Shown: positions 39,485 through 51,800 of the stretch, in pieces
How the letters are laid out: every line of letters starts with the position of its first letter
How positions within the stretch are numbered: position 1 is the first letter of the stretch
Origin: an uncultured Planctomycetota bacterium
GTDB taxonomy: Bacteria; Planctomycetota; Planctomycetia; Isosphaerales; Isosphaeraceae
Assembly (NCBI GenBank): GCA_963845755.1
Contig: CAWJTV010000001.1
Span: forward strand, 128,001 to 192,000
Reading direction: 5' to 3'
Length of the DNA: 64,000 bases
Translations under genes and position numbers: made by a program
Notes under the pieces: generated by a model
Databases searched by the model: none
Told to the model about the DNA's origin: nothing
The model's input: only the letters and a program-made list of their open reading frames with translations

Positions 39485-40069
39485 TTAATCAACGAGCCCT
39501 TCGGCATTACGGCGCAAGTGGCTCAGGACGCGAGACTTGGCGATCAGTACGGCGTTGACGGTCAGGCCCAGCTCGGCCGCGACGGCTTCGGCCGATGCCC
39601 CATCGATGGCCTGCCTTCGGAACGCTTGCCAGGTGACCGGCCGGAACTCGGGCTCGATCAGGCCCAGGAGGCGTTGCAGGACGAACTCGTCGTGCTCCCG
39701 ATCCCAGCGACGGCTCAGGTTGCTGGCCGGGTCCTCCAGTTGATCGAGCGCCGAGTCGAGGTCCGGGGGGTGGGTCGTCCGAGTTCGAGCGCGTCGAGAC
39801 CGCCAGGATTGGCGGAGGCAGTTGATCGTGATCGTCCGCAGCCAGGTCCGGAACGCCCCGACGCGGCCGTTGTGCTGGAAACGAGAAACCTCGCGGACGA
39901 CGATCTCGAGGACCTCCTGAGTGAGATCCTCCGCGTCGTCGGCCGAGACGCCCTGGCGACGGAGCCAGGAGCTGATCAGGGGGGTGTAGAGGTCCACCAG
40001 TCGCCGCCACGCGACGGAATCCGAGCGATCGTTCAGCCGTTGCAGTAGCGTGGCGGACGTCTCGGCCAT
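39485..40069 (-). CDS. ECF sigma-70 factor, kinase-associated type
   Basis: ETSATLLQRL, AWRRLVDLYTPLI, DAEDLTQEV, FRTWLRTIT, AKSRVL. Confidence 0.92.
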   Translation of the reverse strand: MAETSATLLQRLNDRSDSVAWRRLVDLYTPLISSWLRRQGVSADDAEDLTQEVLEIVVREVSRFQHNGRVGAFRTWLRTITINCLRQSWRSRRARTRTTHPPDLDSALDQLEDPASNLSRRWDREHDEFVLQRLLGLIEPEFRPVTWQAFRRQAIDGASAEAVAAELGLTVNAVLIAKSRVLSHLRRNAEGLVD

Positions 40070-40816
40070 GGGGCCTCCTCACCGGCTCCCGAGGTCCTCG
40101 GAATCTCGGCGCCGACAGGGCCGGGCTGAGGTCGGCGCCGTGGGGTGAGCGGGCTTGCCCGGGTCGTTGGCCGGCAGCCGATACTTGACAACGCCGAGTG
40201 TCCCGGGCCCAGGCGACGTCGCGGCCGTCGAAGCATGACGAGCGTTCATCGAGTCTGGCGTCTCGGCGCTCATGATCCAACCTGCCGATCGGCTGAAGAC
40301 GACCTCGATTTGCCACGAGGCGAACCGCTATTCTACTGCGGCCGCCTTCTCCGGCCAATCGGCGGCCGGGAGGGCCTCGCCCTCGCGAGATTGCCGGGCT
40401 CACCGCGCGAGGCAGGCCTCCTTCGAGTAGGCTCGCCGAGCAGAGAAACCGAAGCCTGTCGAACACCCGTTGACGATCGGGACGAATCCGATCGAGGCGA
40501 ACATCGTCATCGACGACCGCGGCCACGAGGCGCCCGAGTCGAAATCCTCGGTGTGACGGTACGTCTTACGGGGTAGGATGAGTCAGGATTCTCTTGCGGA
40601 CCAGCGCAGGAGTTGCTCGTCGAGGCGCTTCCAGGTCGTCCGGATCAATCACACTCGGCGACCGACCCTACCGAGGCCGGCGGCACATCCACAGACATCG
40701 CGCGCGGGATAGACGGGAACCGCTCAAGCAACTCGGCCGTCGAAAACTGAAACAATGCGGCCTCGCCCTGACAGTAGTATTACGGATAGGCCAAGCGCAT
40801 TCCGGAGGGACACATC

Positions 40817-43553
40817 ATGGCGAACGGGCAATCTGAAGCCGTCCTGAATCGACCCCAAGCGGTCGTGGATGCAGGAACAGTTGCGGGAGTGAGCGACGGT
40901 CAACTGCTGGGGCGGTTCACCGCCCATCGCGACGAGTTAGCCGAGATCGCGTTTACGGCCTTGGTCCGCCGCCACGGGCCGATGGTGCTGCGCGTTTGCC
41001 GGCAGGTCCTGGGCGACTGGCATACCGCCGAGGACGCCTTCCAGGCCACGTTCTTGATCCTGGCGCGGAGAGCCGGATCGATTCGCAGGCCGGAGTTGCT
41101 GGGGCATTGGCTTTATGGCGTGGCCTTGCGGACGGCGCGGACGGCGCGGATACGGAACGAGCGCAAGCGGCGACGCGAGATCTCCGGAGGGGAGGATATG
41201 GGGGTTGAACCGATCGGTGACGTCGAGCGACCCGAGTCGCCATTGATCTCTCGCGAGGAGCTCGAGGCCCTGCACGAGGAGGTGTCCCGATTGCCCGAAC
41301 GATATCGCGTCCCCGTTGTTCTCTGCGAGCTGGAGGGCCTGAGGTATCATGAGGCAGCACTGCGACTGCGCTGCCCGGTGAGCACGATCGGCATACGGCT
41401 GAAACGGGCGCGGGAGCGGCTCCGCCTGAGGCTGACTCAACGGGGTCTGGCCCCCACGGCTGGACTGATCGGCGCACTCTTCGGCAAGGAAGCGGCTTCA
41501 GCGTGGGTGCCATTGAGGCTGGTCACGGCCACCGTCCATGCCGCGACGCGGTTCGCGGCGAGCAAGGCCGCGGCGAACGGTTTGGTCTCGATGGGGGTCA
41601 TCGCCCTGACCGAAGGGGTCCTCAGGAGCATGGCCCTGGCCCCCCTCAAGCTGGCGGCCAGTCTGGTGTTGGCCGTCGCGATCGTCGCGACGTTCGGTTG
41701 GGTGGGCGCGCGACCCGAAACACCGGTCCTGGCCGCGCCGGTGCAAGCCGCGCTCCAGCCGATGGACGAGACTCCGCCCCCGCAAGTTCCGGCCCCTCCA
41801 GCCGCTGCCGCTCAACACAACCCCATCCCCGACGCGGCAGACCGACTCAAGTCCGCCCTGACTCTGCTCGATCACCTCTTCCCCTCCGATCGAAAAGGGG
41901 AGGCGAAGATCGGCGAGGATGGGCGCAGTCCCCAGAGCAAACCGGTAACCCGCGCGGCGCGCGGCAAGGTGCTCTTCGCCAAGGACTGGGCGCCGAATGA
42001 TCCCAGGAGCCACGGTGGCGACGGTCTGGGACCCGTCTACAACGAGACCTCGTGCGTGGCCTGTCATGGCCAGGGCGCACCCGGCGGCGCCGGTCCCGGG
42101 AACAAGAACGTGGTCCTCGTCACGGCGAGTCTCACGAGCCAGGACAAGGCCAAGGACCTGGATCAGATCCATCCCGGATTTCGCAGCGGTCGCAGCACGG
42201 TCCTCCACCGATATGGGACGGATCCCCGGTATGGGTCATGGCGGAGACAGTTCTACGACTCCGGCCCCGACGACTCGCCCAACCGTCCCAAGAACGTCGA
42301 CGAGGATCTCGTCGAGGCTCGAATCCGAGGCTTGCAGCAGCAGACAACACCAGGTCAGCGGCTGCACGACCGATCGATCAGCCTCCGGCCGGTGGATGGC
42401 GTCAACCTCACCGTTTCGCAACGGAATACCCCTCCCCTCTTCGGCGCAGGTCGAATCGACGTGATTTCGTCCAAGGTGCTGGCCGCGGTGGCGGCGAACC
42501 AGCCTGCCGAGGTGCGGGGCAAGATCAGTCGTACTCCGGACGGCCGCGTCGGCCGGTTTGGCTGGAAGGCGCAGATCGCCAGCCTCGCAGAGTTCATCCG
42601 CGCCGCGTGTGCCAACGAGCTCGGCCTTGAGGTCCCCGGCCATTCGCAGGCCGCCTCGCCGCTGGCTCCCTCCCAGAAGGCCAAGGGACTGGACATGACC
42701 GATGCGGAGTGTGACGACCTGGTGGCCTATCTCCGGACCCTGCCCGCGCCGGTCGCGATCGATCCGTCCGGCCCGCACGGCACTCAAGGCATCCGGGAGG
42801 GTCGCCGCCTCTTCGCCGACGTGGGCTGCGCCGATTGCCACGTCCCGACCCTCGGCAACGTTCGGGGGATCTACAGCGACCTGCTGCTGCACGATCTGGG
42901 CCCGAGCTTGGGCGATTCCGGCAGCTACTACGGGACCGAGGGTCCCAGCTCACCCGGAGGGGCGAGTCCCCAGGAGTGGCGCACCCCGCCGCTGTGGGGC
43001 TATCGCGATTCCGGGCCCTACCTCCACGATGGGCGGGCAGAGGACCTGGAAGAGGCGGTCGCGCTGCACGGCGGGCAGGCTCACGCGTTCGACTCGACGG
43101 TTCTTCGCCCTCACCGCAGAGGATCGGTTCCATGTCGAGGAGTTCCTGAAATCGCTGGTCGCTCCCTCGGCCACCGCCGAGCCGGGAGTTTTGCTTGCGG
43201 CCGAGATGGAGTACCAGTTCGAGCTCGAGGAGGAGCGCACTCCCGAGAGCCTCGTCCGGCGGCGATGGGCGGAGGCCGTGGCCCGTGGCGAGCGGCAACG
43301 ACGTGACGATCACGAGCGTCTGCGCGCCCAAGAGGCGGCGAGGCTCGCCCGCGTGCGATTGCAAGTCGCCCGAAACCTGGAGAAGAGTGGCAAGATTAAT
43401 AGCGCGCTGAAGTTCTACGCCAGGATCGCTCGCGAGGCCCCCGACACGGAAGAGGGCCGGGAGGCCGCCTCGCGAATCGATGCATTCCGCCGGAGACGTG
43501 AACTTCTCGATGGCCTGTCCTATCCGGGGTCAACGAGGATCGATGCTCAATAG
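40817..43553 (+). CDS. ECF sigma factor fused via a TM helix to a di-haem oxidoreductase (DHOR-like) domain and TPR-like tail (frameshift ~43085)
   Basis: SDGQLLGRF, RHGPMVLRVC, AEDAFQATFLIL; TM; DGLGPVYNETSCVACH, GRFGWKA, GCADCH, YSDLLLHD, WRTPPLWG, YLHDGRA. Confidence 0.88.
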
Positions 43554-43595
43554 AGCCCTTCATACTCGGGTGTAAATCCGAGCCCGACGCGCCGT

Positions 43596-44700
43596 TTACC
43601 ACTTGTCGATCGCGCCCGAGGGCACCGGGATCTCGGCGTCGTAATGGCTGGGCAGCGGCGAATCGGGGCCTTCCATTCGGGCAATCGCGACGACCTCGTC
43701 GAAGAGCGCCGGGCTGGAGAGGTTGAGCAACTGGCGGTAGAGCGGGCGGGGCATGCGCGTGAAGTGGAAATACCACTTGAGGATCTTGCGGAATTGCAGG
43801 CAGCCGAACCGCTCGCCGCGGCGGGTGACCAGTCCGTGGAAGTGCTCGCACATGAGGTCAACCCGTTCCTCGTAGGATGGATCCACCCCGGGGTGGCCGG
43901 TGCGGCTCCAGCAGTCGAGCTGCCGGAAGAAGAAGGGATTGGCCAGGGCCCCTCGTCCGATCGAGACGGCTGCACAGCCGGTCTCGACGAACGTCCGCGC
44001 CGCGTCGGCGATCGTCCGGATATCGCCGTTGGCGATGACCGGGATCCGGTCAACGGCCTCGACCACCGCACGGATCCCCGCGATTGACCGAGCCCTTGAA
44101 ACCTTGCTGCCGGGTCCGGCCGTGGATGATCACGCCCGCCACGCCGGCCTGCTCGAAGGCGCGGGCCAGGCCGGGCGCTGTCAGCGATTCGTCATCCCAG
44201 CCCAGGCGCATCTTCACCGTCACCGGGATCTGGACGGCTCTCACGACCGCGCCGACCAGGTCCACGGCGCGATCCATCTCGCACATCAAGGCCGAGCCGC
44301 CGCCCCCCTTGACCACCTTACGTACGGGGCAGCCCATGTTGATATCGACGGCCGTAACTCCTTGCGCTTCCACCCATCGGGCCGCTGGGGCCATCTCGGC
44401 CGCGATGGCCCCGTAGATCTGGATCGACAGCGGACGATCTGCGTCGCAGGTCTCGGACAGCTCGAGTGCGCGGCGGCGACCCTCGATCAGCGACCGGGCG
44501 TTGACCAGGTCCGTCGTCGCCAGGCCCAGGCCCCCGCATCCGCGCACGGCCAGCCGGAACGCCAGGCTCGTGTAACCGGCCAGCGGGGCCAGGAAGAAGC
44601 GAGAAGCGATCCGCCGTTGGCCCAGATGGAACGGCTCGCGCACAATGGGGGGAACCTCGGGTATCCGGCATTCGCGGTGTTCTGACAAGATCATCTCCAT
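43596..44700 (-). CDS. dusB: tRNA-dihydrouridine synthase, DusB/NifR3 family (frameshift ~44070; start uncertain)
   Basis: FLAPLAGYT, DINMGCPV, TVKMRLGWD, HGRTRQQ, IANGDI, IGRGALANP. Confidence 0.88.
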
Positions 44701-44715
44701 CCTGATTGGGTTCGC

Positions 44716-45944
44716 ATGCAACGACGCTCTCATTCTAGCCCTGAACCCACCGAGCTACGAGTCCAGTACGATTCGGCCGTCGACGAAGAGTTCTGGGTGC
44801 TGACGACCGACGCGGGGCGCCGGTTGCTCGACGAGGTCGCATCCGTCCGAGCGATTGGCCCGGCGGACGTGTCTCGGTTCCGAAAACGGGCCGCGCCTGG
44901 GGTTGTGGCCGCCGCTGTCCGATTGTCGATCGCGCAGAAGAAGGCGGTCGCGAAGTTCGAGCGCGGGCGCGGATGTGGGTCGAGGCGACCGGTCTCGAGC
45001 AGGCGACCGCCGAGCCGGTCGCCCGGCACAAGGCCAGGCGGTTCGAGTCGGGTACGCTCGTCGTGGATCTCTGCGCGGGGATCGGTGGCGATGCAATCGC
45101 GCCGGCTGCGCGATCGCAGGTTTTGACGGTGGATCTCGATCCCGGGATGTGCCGGCGGATCGGCTGGAACGCCGCGGTCTACGATGTCGGTGATCGGGTC
45201 CTTGCGGTGCAGGCCCGGGCGGAAACCTTCACGATCCCTCGAGGGGCATGGGTCCATCTCGACCCGGACCGCCGGGCTGGCCGCAATCGCCGCGCCCGTG
45301 CGCTCGAGGATTACGCGCCTGGCCGCTCGGCGTGGGAGTCGATCGTCCGAAGGGTCCCTGGCGGGGCGATCAAGCTCAGCCCGGCCAGCGACTTCGCGAG
45401 GCACTTACCCGGACCTGGGTATGAAATCGAGCTGATCAGTCTCCGCGGCGAGTGCAAGGAGGCAACCGTCTGGTTCGGCGAGTTGGCCGGTTGCCGGCGG
45501 CGGGCGACTCGGCTACCCGAGGGCGTCACCTGGACTGACCGCGACATCGGGAGGCCCGGTCCCGTTCCGATCTCTCCGCTCTCGAATTGGATCTACGATC
45601 CCGACCCCGCACTTATCCGCGCCGGGCTGGTCGATGGGTACGCCCGGGCACACGGGCTCTGCCGTGTTGCCGGCGGGGTCGACTACCTGACCGCGGCCGT
45701 CCTCGTCGCAACGCCGTTCTTGAGCGCTTTCACCGTGCGCGACGTTGCGCCGATGGACCTGAAGCATTTGCGTCGGATGATCGAACGGCACCGCGTCGGG
45801 ACTCTGGAGATCAAGGTCCGCGGGGCGGACGTCGCGCCGGAAGCCCTCCGCTCGCAGTTGAGGCCCCGCGGCGCCGAGTCGGCCACGCTGCTGATTGTTG
45901 GTGGGACCGGCCCCGCACGCGCCGTGCTGGCTCAAAGAGGATAG
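44716..45944 (+). CDS. SAM-dependent methyltransferase with THUMP-like C-terminal domain (frameshift ~44970; start uncertain)
   Basis: LEQATAEPVARHKA, DLCAGIGGD, HLDPDRR, IKLSP, YDPDPALIRAGL, LEIKVRG. Confidence 0.85.
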
Positions 45945-46016
45945 CAGGTCATGTCTCATTCCATCGATCCGGGCGGCGTCCGCCGTGGATCGAGTGCTCG
46001 GATTGCGCCAGGGCGA

Positions 46017-48518
46017 TCAGGGGTTCGGTCGCTCCGGCCTGGTGTCTGTTTTGCCGAGGGCAACCTTCTTGGCCTCGGCTTTATCCTGCCTGATCTTCGC
46101 TCCGACCGAATCGGTCGGCTCCCGTTTTCGCAGGGGATCAGCCGCGATCATCTTGATCAGGAGGTGGTTCGAGACGCCATTGGGCGTGGCGACGTCGATA
46201 CCCAGGAGGGGATTGCCCTCGGCGCTCGGGGTTGGAGAGGCGTCGCAGGAGACGGTGACCTCCAGCAAATTGCGACTGACGAGCACGGACCTGGCCGGTC
46301 TTCCGCCCGCGATCACGTGGGTATCGTGAACGCTGAAGTTTCTCCCTTCCACGAAGAGAGTCGACTCCACTCCCTGTTCGGGCGGCCGGCCATGCCAGCC
46401 GACTAGCGAGGGACGAAGTTGCAAGCCCAGTGAGCAGAAGATCCGTGAATCGTTGGCGTCGCCGCTGCTGGGAACCCGCACGACCATGCGCTGAGTGGGC
46501 ATCATGTCCTTGAGCTGCTCGAGACGCTCCGTGGCGATCAGGTATTCCTCCGGGCGATATTGCCCTTCCACCTTGGCCCGATTGAGGGCACTTTCCGCCG
46601 CGACGAGCTTACGGCCCAGGACCGAGGCTTTCTCCAGGTCCGACCTCTGGCCATCGCCCACCTCGCTGGTGCGGAACCAGTTGGCCACGGTGACGAACTC
46701 GATCTTGGGGATGAAATTGGGCATCTCGATCAGCGCCGTGCATTCCCGCTGGCCCGGCTCGATGCTCTGATCGTCGCCGATCGGGTTGGGCAAGCGGCCG
46801 TTGAGCAGAAGCGCGACGTCGGTCAGGAGTTGACCGTCACGGCCTCTCCGGCTCTGGATCCTCGGGTAGAAGACCCAGCCGAACGTACTCGGGCCGGCGC
46901 CGAAGCCGACCATGGTGGGGTTCAAGCGAATGGCCGTTTCATCATCCGCGGAGCGCCGGTCGGTCGTGAGTCCGGCGATCGCCCGGGTGGGACCGGCCAG
47001 GCTCGAGCCGACAAGGTCGAGGGCGGTCTGGGTCCGGCGGCTGTAGGCGTCGGCGACGTTCTGCTGGGCGATAACCGGCTCGATGGCATAGACGCGCAGC
47101 GGCCACTTCGCGTTGACGTAATGCTCGAAAGCACTCATCGCCTGGTCGGAGACCTCCGGCTCGAAGAAGCTCAGGCTCCTCAGAGTCTCCCGCTTCAGCG
47201 ACGGGTCTTGATCGGTCATGTCCTGCTTCAGGCGGCGGTTGATGCCGGCGGCCTGGATCCGCAAGGCGAATGTGAGAAGGCTCACGATTTCCGCGCGACG
47301 GCCGCTCCCTTCGACCTCCTCGTGTGCGACCTGGCCCGAGGTCTTCTGGACCTGGCCGTCCTTGGTACCGCGGCCCTGCAACTGGACGATCCGGGTGAAG
47401 TCTCGCCTGGCGATCTGGTCGCCGATCTCCTCGAGCGGATCGTAGGCCGAGGCGACCTTGGTGGAACGGACGGGGGTCGCGGCCTGCTCGAGGAGATGAT
47501 ACGACGTCTCCAGCTCGCCGCGGAGCCATTCTGCAACCCGCGCGGTGCGATGGTGGGGCTCGTCCCCGAGGTGCCTGGCGAGCTGATGCTCGATCTCCTC
47601 ACGGAGCCGTTCGATGCTGGCTTGCCCATAGAAAAGCTCGGTGTCGGCGAACGAGACCAGCGAGAACGGCCCGGCACTCGGCGCCGCGGGTTGGTCGTGG
47701 GCTTCCGTCCCCTGGTGGCAGACCGCCTGGGTCAGATTGTTGACCGTTTCATTGATCACGACATTCCTCAAGGCGCTGCGCAGCGTGTGCTTGGTCATGA
47801 GCGGCTTGGCAGAGACGCTGATGATCGCTCCTTTGCCCCTCCGGCTCCGCGGCCCGGGCGAGAGCGTCACCGGGATCCGGATCAAGTAGAGCCCATATCC
47901 CGGTCGGTCGGCCAGGTCGTCCCCCGCATTGATGCGCCGCAACTGGTTGAGGTGGTTCAGATAGTTGGAATGCTCGTCGAGCACCACGATCGGTTCCAGG
48001 GATGCCGGCGGCTTCGGGGCGGCCGTCGGGTTCGCTCCCGGAAGTGTCGCGCTCAGGCTGGCACGCTCCTGGTCGATCGAGCGGAGTTGGGTGGCATTGT
48101 CGGCGAGGGTTGGGTTTGCGGCGTTCGCGGCCTTCGGCCCGGGATTCGCCCCCGCCTGGATGAGCGTCGCCTCGGTCTCGCCGCGATAAACCGAAGCATT
48201 GATATCCCCCCGGAACCCTAACTTCAGCCACTCGGCCATCTGGGCCTCGTACTCCGAGCGGAATTTCGCCAGACGGTCCTGACCCCAGACATCGGGGGTC
48301 TTGACGTCGATCGTCCCGTAGGAGGTCATCACGCGATCGAGCTCGTCGATCATCTGCTCCGCCTCGGGGAGCCGGATCGGTTCGTCGATCTTCATGCCCA
48401 AGCTCGCCGGACGGAGCCCCTCACCGGTCCCCACACAGGCCACTCCCGGCATCACGATCGCCGCGAGCAAACTCGCGCGCGCGGCGAACGACAGTCCAGC
48501 CCGTCGTCGAGTGACCAT
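46017..48518 (-). CDS. Large hypothetical lipoprotein
   Basis: Intact ORF; MVTRRRAGLSFAARASLLAAIVMPGVAC resembles a lipoprotein signal; beta-rich C-terminus (LFVEGRNFS, VATPNGVSNHLLI). Confidence 0.75.
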   Translation of the reverse strand: MVTRRRAGLSFAARASLLAAIVMPGVACVGTGEGLRPASLGMKIDEPIRLPEAEQMIDELDRVMTSYGTIDVKTPDVWGQDRLAKFRSEYEAQMAEWLKLGFRGDINASVYRGETEATLIQAGANPGPKAANAANPTLADNATQLRSIDQERASLSATLPGANPTAAPKPPASLEPIVVLDEHSNYLNHLNQLRRINAGDDLADRPGYGLYLIRIPVTLSPGPRSRRGKGAIISVSAKPLMTKHTLRSALRNVVINETVNNLTQAVCHQGTEAHDQPAAPSAGPFSLVSFADTELFYGQASIERLREEIEHQLARHLGDEPHHRTARVAEWLRGELETSYHLLEQAATPVRSTKVASAYDPLEEIGDQIARRDFTRIVQLQGRGTKDGQVQKTSGQVAHEEVEGSGRRAEIVSLLTFALRIQAAGINRRLKQDMTDQDPSLKRETLRSLSFFEPEVSDQAMSAFEHYVNAKWPLRVYAIEPVIAQQNVADAYSRRTQTALDLVGSSLAGPTRAIAGLTTDRRSADDETAIRLNPTMVGFGAGPSTFGWVFYPRIQSRRGRDGQLLTDVALLLNGRLPNPIGDDQSIEPGQRECTALIEMPNFIPKIEFVTVANWFRTSEVGDGQRSDLEKASVLGRKLVAAESALNRAKVEGQYRPEEYLIATERLEQLKDMMPTQRMVVRVPSSGDANDSRIFCSLGLQLRPSLVGWHGRPPEQGVESTLFVEGRNFSVHDTHVIAGGRPARSVLVSRNLLEVTVSCDASPTPSAEGNPLLGIDVATPNGVSNHLLIKMIAADPLRKREPTDSVGAKIRQDKAEAKKVALGKTDTRPERPNP

Positions 48519-48854
48519 GAACCCCCCGCGTCCGGGCCGTTCGACCCCGACGTTGACAAGTTTCGCGATGTGCTTGTAGTTCGGACTGCGAGGTCCGGCC
48601 AGGGACGCTCGCAGGCCATCGCGCGATCCCCGCTTCCCGAACTCCGCGCCTTCCAAGTCGTCTTCCGGTGGGTTCGCGTGCCCTGGATTCGCCGCGATCC
48701 CACCTCTTCTTTGCGATGTGAAACGACCTGCTCGCGTGCAACGCGGCATTATCGGGAAGACCCCGCGGCTGTCAACCTCGAATCATCCCGGGCGGACATT
48801 TCGCGAACCCGCGTCTTGACGATCTCGGCCGATCGAGACTTCGCGTGCATCTTC

Positions 48855-51800
48855 TCAAAGTCTCTCGATCGAGGGATCGCCCAGCTCGTCCATCGCCGAG
48901 GTGTGATACTCGACCAGCGGGGCCTCGGGAGATCCGTTGCCATCGGCGGCCGCCCCGTTGCCGTCGCTCATCCCTTCATCCCCAACCGGGACCGGCTCGA
49001 CGGGCGCCACCCGCGCACCATTGCCAATGGGCGGGACGGGGCCCTCGGGGCGCGGTCGGACGGCGAACTTCTGCTTCACCTCGTTGAGCCATTCCGCCTC
49101 GGGCAGGCCGTAGGGGCGGAACTTCTCGATCCGGTTCTCTTCCTCGCTGTAATAGAGGGCCCGGTTCTCGCCCAGCTTGCTGGCCGCGGGGGCGTCGATC
49201 ATCGTGCTCGAGTCGTTGGAGCTCATCTGGAACAGGATGCGGTTCTCGAATTCCTTCATCCCCTGACGATCGAGGGTCCGGTTCAGGTTGTTGACGCTGT
49301 CGCACCAGACCATCGTGTGGATGCCCAACGGCGGGCCGTCGCGGAGGATGTCGCCGAAGAGCTTCGAAGGCGGCATGGGCTTGTCCTCGTCGTATCGCGA
49401 GAACCCGAAATCATCGTCCGACTTGCGGAGGTCGCGGAACCGCTGGATGTCGTAGATGAAGATGAAGATCGGGACCTGGTCCTCGGTGGCCTCGGTCTGA
49501 CGCCGGCCGATCTCCGCGGCGAGATCGGTGAAGGTCGAGCCCAGGTCGCGCCAGGTGACGTTCTTGATCGAGTGCGGGACGATCTCCGCGAGGTTGCCGA
49601 GCTTGCCGTGGAGCCAGGAATCGACGGGACTGCCGTCGAGGAGGTAGAAGCGGCACGCCCGGCGGCTGGTCGGCGGGTGCTGGGCGGAGATGCTCAGGAT
49701 CGACATCATCATCATCGCCAGTGCCGCCTCGTCGTTCTGGCCGACGATCAGGACGTTGCTGCCGCTCTGCGGGCGGAAGACGATGCAGGTGGGGTCCTTG
49801 ATGGCGATCGCGTCGCCCAGCCAGGCCGTGTTGACCTTGGCGGGCTCGGCCGGCCACTCGGTCGCCTCGAGCAAGGGGATTCAGGAGCGGGTTCTTGCTC
49901 ACGTCGGCCGGCAGGTTCCCCTCGAAGACGATCGGCGGCGGCTTCTGGATGTTGCGGTCCTTCGCCATCTTCTTCATGAGCTCCAGGTACGCCTCGCGCT
50001 TATCATCCGAGAGCCAGACGACCTGGAAGAGGTTGTTCCCCTCCATCATGCCGTTGGCGTCGTTGTAGATGGCCTCGCCGGGCCGGGTCAGCAGGCGGGC
50101 CGCGGTGTTGTCCTCGCTCAGGATCAGGTGGGCGTCGGCCTCGCTGCATTGCAGGGCGATGCGTACGGCCATCTGTCCCAGCGTGGCCCTGGGCAGCGAG
50201 TACGAGCCGCCCAGGGTCTGCGAACCCAGCATGACGTGCATGCCGAAGGCACGACCTTGCCGGACCAGCCGGTCCATCAGCAGAGAGACTTCCTGAGCAA
50301 TCTTGTCATCCTCGACGAAGAACTCCTGGAACTCGTCGATGACCAGGAGGATGCGCGGCATGGGCACGTCGGGCCGGGCTTCGCGGAAGCCGGCCACGTC
50401 CTGACAGCCCACCTCCCGGTAGATTTCGCCGCGTTCCTTCATCTCGACGTCCAGCCGCTGGAGCACGCTCAGGCCGAACTCGCGCTCGCTCTCCACCGCG
50501 ATGACCCGGGCGTGGGGCAGCGCCATCGCGGCATAGACCTTGAACTCGACGCCTTTCTTGAAGTCGATCAGGTAGAGCTCGAGCTGGTTGGGATCGTAGC
50601 GGAGTGCGCCGTTGGTGATCATCGCGTGCAGCATGGTCGACTTGCCCGAGCCCGTCTTGCCGGAGGTCAGGGCGTGCTGCGAGGTCCCCTTGCCCAGGAT
50701 GAAGTGCTGGAGCTTGGTGGCCCCGGCGCGGCCCAGCGGGATGTCGATGATCTTGGCGCTGTTGAACGTCCAGAACTGGTCGGGCTTCGGCGCGATGAAC
50801 TCGAACGGGACCTCGACGCGATTGGCGTCGCGGGCCGCGGCTCCGACCTTGTGGAGGATCTGCGAGAACCGGGCCTGGTCGGGGGGGGCGTCCAGGGCCA
50901 GCGGGTACCGGCCGAGGTTCGGCTCGCGCCAGTTGAGTTTGTTGTCCTTCCAGATCATGTTGACGCAGTGGTTCTCGATGTCCTTCAACTGGAAGCCCGA
51001 GGGGAGCTGGAGCTTCGTGTCCAGGAGGATCAGCGCATACACGCCGCACCGCGCCCCGCTGCTGACGATGCTGACCAGCCGTCGGATCGCGTTGTCGTTG
51101 AAGTTCGTCGGGAAGTTGGCGACGACCACCACGCGGAACGGCTCGGCGACCTCACCGGCCATCGTGTTGTATTCCTCGATCGTCTCGAACTCATTGCGCA
51201 GGTACTTCTGAATGACGTTCTCCATGTGCTCGGTCAGGTCGGTCAGCCGCTGCTCGATGTGAGGGGCCTCGGTCCAGATGCGGTTGGTCACCAGCAGCTC
51301 GTGATAGTCGCCCAGGTGCATGAAGGCGGCGAAATTCTCGCCCAGTCCGACCGGGTCGATGATGGTGAAGCGGACCTTGCCGGCCGGGATCGAGGTCAGA
51401 TAACGGAGCATCAGGGCCTGGAGCAAGGGGACGGCCTGGTCCTTGCCGCCGTCGGCCGCACGGATGAGCATCGAGCCGTGGATGGGGAACGGCAGGAGGG
51501 CGGGCAGGTCCCAGTGGGTCGGCACCGACTTGAGCCGAGGATCGCGCGGCACGCCGTTGGGAAACTGGTTCAGATCGACCGAGAAGAGGCCGAACTGGAG
51601 GCCCGGTGGGACCTCGGTCGGTGGCTTCCAGCCGTCGAGCTCCGGCCGGTTCCACTCCAGGAATCGACGCTCGGCTTCCTCGTTGACCCCACGCAGCGAC
51701 TCGTCGACCTTCGCCATGCCGGTGGTCCAGTTCTGGATCAGGTTCTGCCAGGCCTGGTCATAGGCCAGCTTGGTGGTCTCCTTGAGCTTGCGCTGCGACT

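Noticed and set aside
40079..40800. ORFs between the two divergent ECF genes
   Set aside because: No recognisable product; most likely regulatory DNA.
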